A stretch of DNA of 64,000 bases from positions 46,244 through 110,243 of the forward strand of contig JAMLHH010000006.1 in the NCBI GenBank assembly GCA_023957215.1, given 5' to 3'. Shown one piece after another: positions 61,979 through 64,000 of the stretch (the stretch's first letter is position 1; every line of letters starts with the position of its first letter). The DNA comes from Chitinophagales bacterium. GTDB taxonomy: Bacteria > Bacteroidota > Bacteroidia > Chitinophagales > JADIYW01. The position numbers were made by a program, and so were the translations under genes. The notes beneath the pieces were generated by a model. The model saw only the letters and a program-made list of their open reading frames with translations. It was not told the origin of the DNA and did not search any database.

Positions 61979-62722
61979 TTAAATTTTTAAATTAAGATAT
62001 TTTACATCCCATAAATGTAATCCGCAAGCCGGAGCTGTCATACTGAGTTGTATGATTTCTTTGTTTTCTATTTCGCTCAAAATCTCTTTCAAATTTCTCC
62101 TCTTACAACCTATCATCAAAGACGTTCCTACTATCGCTCTGACCATATTTCTCAAAAAGCGGTTAGACTGAATTTCAAATTGTAATCCATCTTCAGTATG
62201 ACTCCATTCAGCTTTTGTTACTTTGCAAATACTATTTGTGTTATCACTTCCTTTTTTCTCAAATGAAGTGAAATCGTTCACTGATAGTAAATGTCTGCAA
62301 AATTCATTCATTAAGACAATATCTAATTGTTTTTGTTGACGGAAGTAATAACTTCTATCATGTAAGAAAGGATTTTTCACAAAATGGATAAAATACCGGT
62401 ACGTCCTGACTTCTGCATCAAATCTCGCATGTAATGAATCCGGCACTTTAAATAGGTGGTAAAAACCGATGTCCTTGGGTAAAATTGAATTAAGTTGGTA
62501 CACCAAATTTTTATCTACCATTTGTTCTGTATCAAAATGTAAAAAGTATCTGTGTGCATGTACTCCGGTATCTGTACGCCCACAGCCGACAACTTCTATC
62601 TTTTCCCTGAGTATAGTTTCTAATGCGGTTTCTATTTCTGCTTGTACGGAGTGGGCGTTTTTTTGCACCTGCCATCCGTGATAAGCACCACCTTTATAAC
62701 TTAAAAGCAAGAAATACCGCAT
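61979..62722 (-). CDS. truA: tRNA pseudouridine(38-40) synthase
   Basis: YHGWQ, GCGRTDTGVHA, HARFDA, FLRNMVR, APACGL. Confidence 0.95.
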   Translation of the reverse strand: MRYFLLLSYKGGAYHGWQVQKNAHSVQAEIETALETILREKIEVVGCGRTDTGVHAHRYFLHFDTEQMVDKNLVYQLNSILPKDIGFYHLFKVPDSLHARFDAEVRTYRYFIHFVKNPFLHDRSYYFRQQKQLDIVLMNEFCRHLLSVNDFTSFEKKGSDNTNSICKVTKAEWSHTEDGLQFEIQSNRFLRNMVRAIVGTSLMIGCKRRNLKEILSEIENKEIIQLSMTAPACGLHLWDVKYLNLKI

Positions 62723-62801
62723 GAATAAATTTTGTGCAAAGATAATCAACAAGTCTGAAATGCTTTTCCAAGTAATGTTTATCTTTGTGGGTAAAAAAAT
62801 A

Positions 62802-63221
62802 ATGATTCAAAGAATTCAATCTATATATCTTTTACTTGCCGGATTAGCACTGATAGTGATTTTGTTTTTACCTATTGGATATCAGGTTCAAGAATCGGGC
62901 GTGACCGTCAGTATTGCAATGTCTAAAAATATACTGACTATAGCTTTAAGTTTTTTTACTGCAATCATTACAATAGTGACTATCTTTCAGTATAAAAGCC
63001 GTCACTTTCAGTTAAAACTAACGCCTGCTACCATTTTACTTTCCATCCTCAACATCATCAGTATTCCGGTTTTCCAATTTGTATTGGGTAAAAATTTACT
63101 GACTACACCAAACTACATTCCTTATGGGTTTGCTGTTTTTGCAAGTATTTTTCTCTTTTTGGCGTATCGGGGCATCAAAGCTGACGAAGAATTGGTTCGC
63201 TCAATGGATAGATTGAGATAA
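62802..63221 (+). CDS. DUF4293 family membrane protein
   Basis: MIQRIQSIYL...IKADEELVRSMDRLR signature; ATG at 62802. Confidence 0.88.
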   Translation: MIQRIQSIYLLLAGLALIVILFLPIGYQVQESGVTVSIAMSKNILTIALSFFTAIITIVTIFQYKSRHFQLKLTPATILLSILNIISIPVFQFVLGKNLLTTPNYIPYGFAVFASIFLFLAYRGIKADEELVRSMDRLR

Positions 63222-63694
63222 TTTTTTGAAAAATAAAAATTAAAAAAGTTTTCAAAAAAAATCACTTTTAGGAAAATTGATGTTGTTAAAATTTTTTTTG
63301 TGCATTTTCGCTTTCTCCGGTATAAATATTTAGCACAAAACAGCTAATTGTTTTTAATGAAAGTAGCAGTGGTATTTCCCATTGACTTCTAAACTTTTAC
63401 AGTCTTTGATTCATATTTATCTTCAAGTTAGTTCAAAAATATTTGTCTAAATGTAAAGAAATTATTCACAGAAAATGAAGTACATGTGAATATCTTATTT
63501 TGGTAGTCACTTGCTTTGTTCGCTATCTTAGTCTTGTCGTTTATAGATACATACGTTTCTTCTTGTCTGTTGCAAAAGTTTTATCTATTGTAATCCATCT
63601 TTTTAATGAATTACAATTTTATATTTTAAAACCGAAATGGAAGAGATTTTATTTTCTATAAACGAAAAATTTTTAAAGAATAAAAAGTAAAAAA

Positions 63695-64000
63695 ATGTCC
63701 ACTAACATTACGACTGCGACCATGTCTAAGACATATACTATGGATGAAGCATTACAAGCCAGTCTTGAATATTTCAAGGGCGATGATTTGGCAGCCAGAG
63801 TATGGTTGAATAAATATGCCTTGAAAGATTCTTATGGAAATATCTATGAGAAATCACCGGATGATATGCACAGACGTATAGCAAGAGAAATCGCCCGCGT
63901 GGAAACAAAGTATGCTAATCCAATGTCTGAAGAAGAAATATATAATGTCATTAAAGATTTTACATATATCATCCCACAAGGGAGTCCGATGACAGGGATT
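63695..64000 (+). CDS. nrdJ: Adenosylcobalamin-dependent ribonucleotide reductase, 5' part (runs off the window)
   Basis: Not in the ORF track; translates as ...YFKGDDLAARVWLNKYALKD...PDDMHRRIARE...IIPQGSPMTGI. Confidence 0.85.
   Translation, partial: MSTNITTATMSKTYTMDEALQASLEYFKGDDLAARVWLNKYALKDSYGNIYEKSPDDMHRRIAREIARVETKYANPMSEEEIYNVIKDFTYIIPQGSPMTGI

Noticed and set aside
63222-63694. Riboswitch, NrdR box or small gene in the long region upstream of nrdJ
   Set aside because: No recognisable motif, stable structure or convincing ORF by eye

Overview
AT-rich chromosomal segment from a member of Bacteroidota (evidence: TAnnTTTG -7 promoter boxes, T9SS/gliding genes gldC and porP/porE-like, a T9SS cargo protease). 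Most of it is housekeeping: asnS, rpoN, glpD, tRNA-Leu and three tRNA-Gly, menABCE, nadK, dcd, prfB with its +1 frameshift, purD, truA and the start of nrdJ. The best candidate for an undescribed system is at about 26.0-29.4 kb. There, an unannotated and apparently leaderless 23-codon peptide with four consecutive Cys codons, followed by a terminator/antiterminator pair, precedes a cysteine synthase / JAMM protease / sulfur carrier (ending GG-VA) / MoeZ operon. This looks like a cysteine-sensing transcription attenuator on a CysO-type pathway. A second interesting region (33.4-36.5 kb) is an AAA+/DUF4143 ATPase pseudogene broken by an IS1380-like element. It is preceded by three operator-like boxes at exact 33-bp spacing and bracketed by a 39-bp direct repeat whose differences are all synonymous. 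Intergenic 7-mer/8-mer arrays, a duplicated REP-like hairpin, a frameshifted GH13 gene, a PolX lacking catalytic aspartates and a sphingomyelin-synthase-like gene are also present. All functional calls come from motif recognition by eye; no database searches were run.
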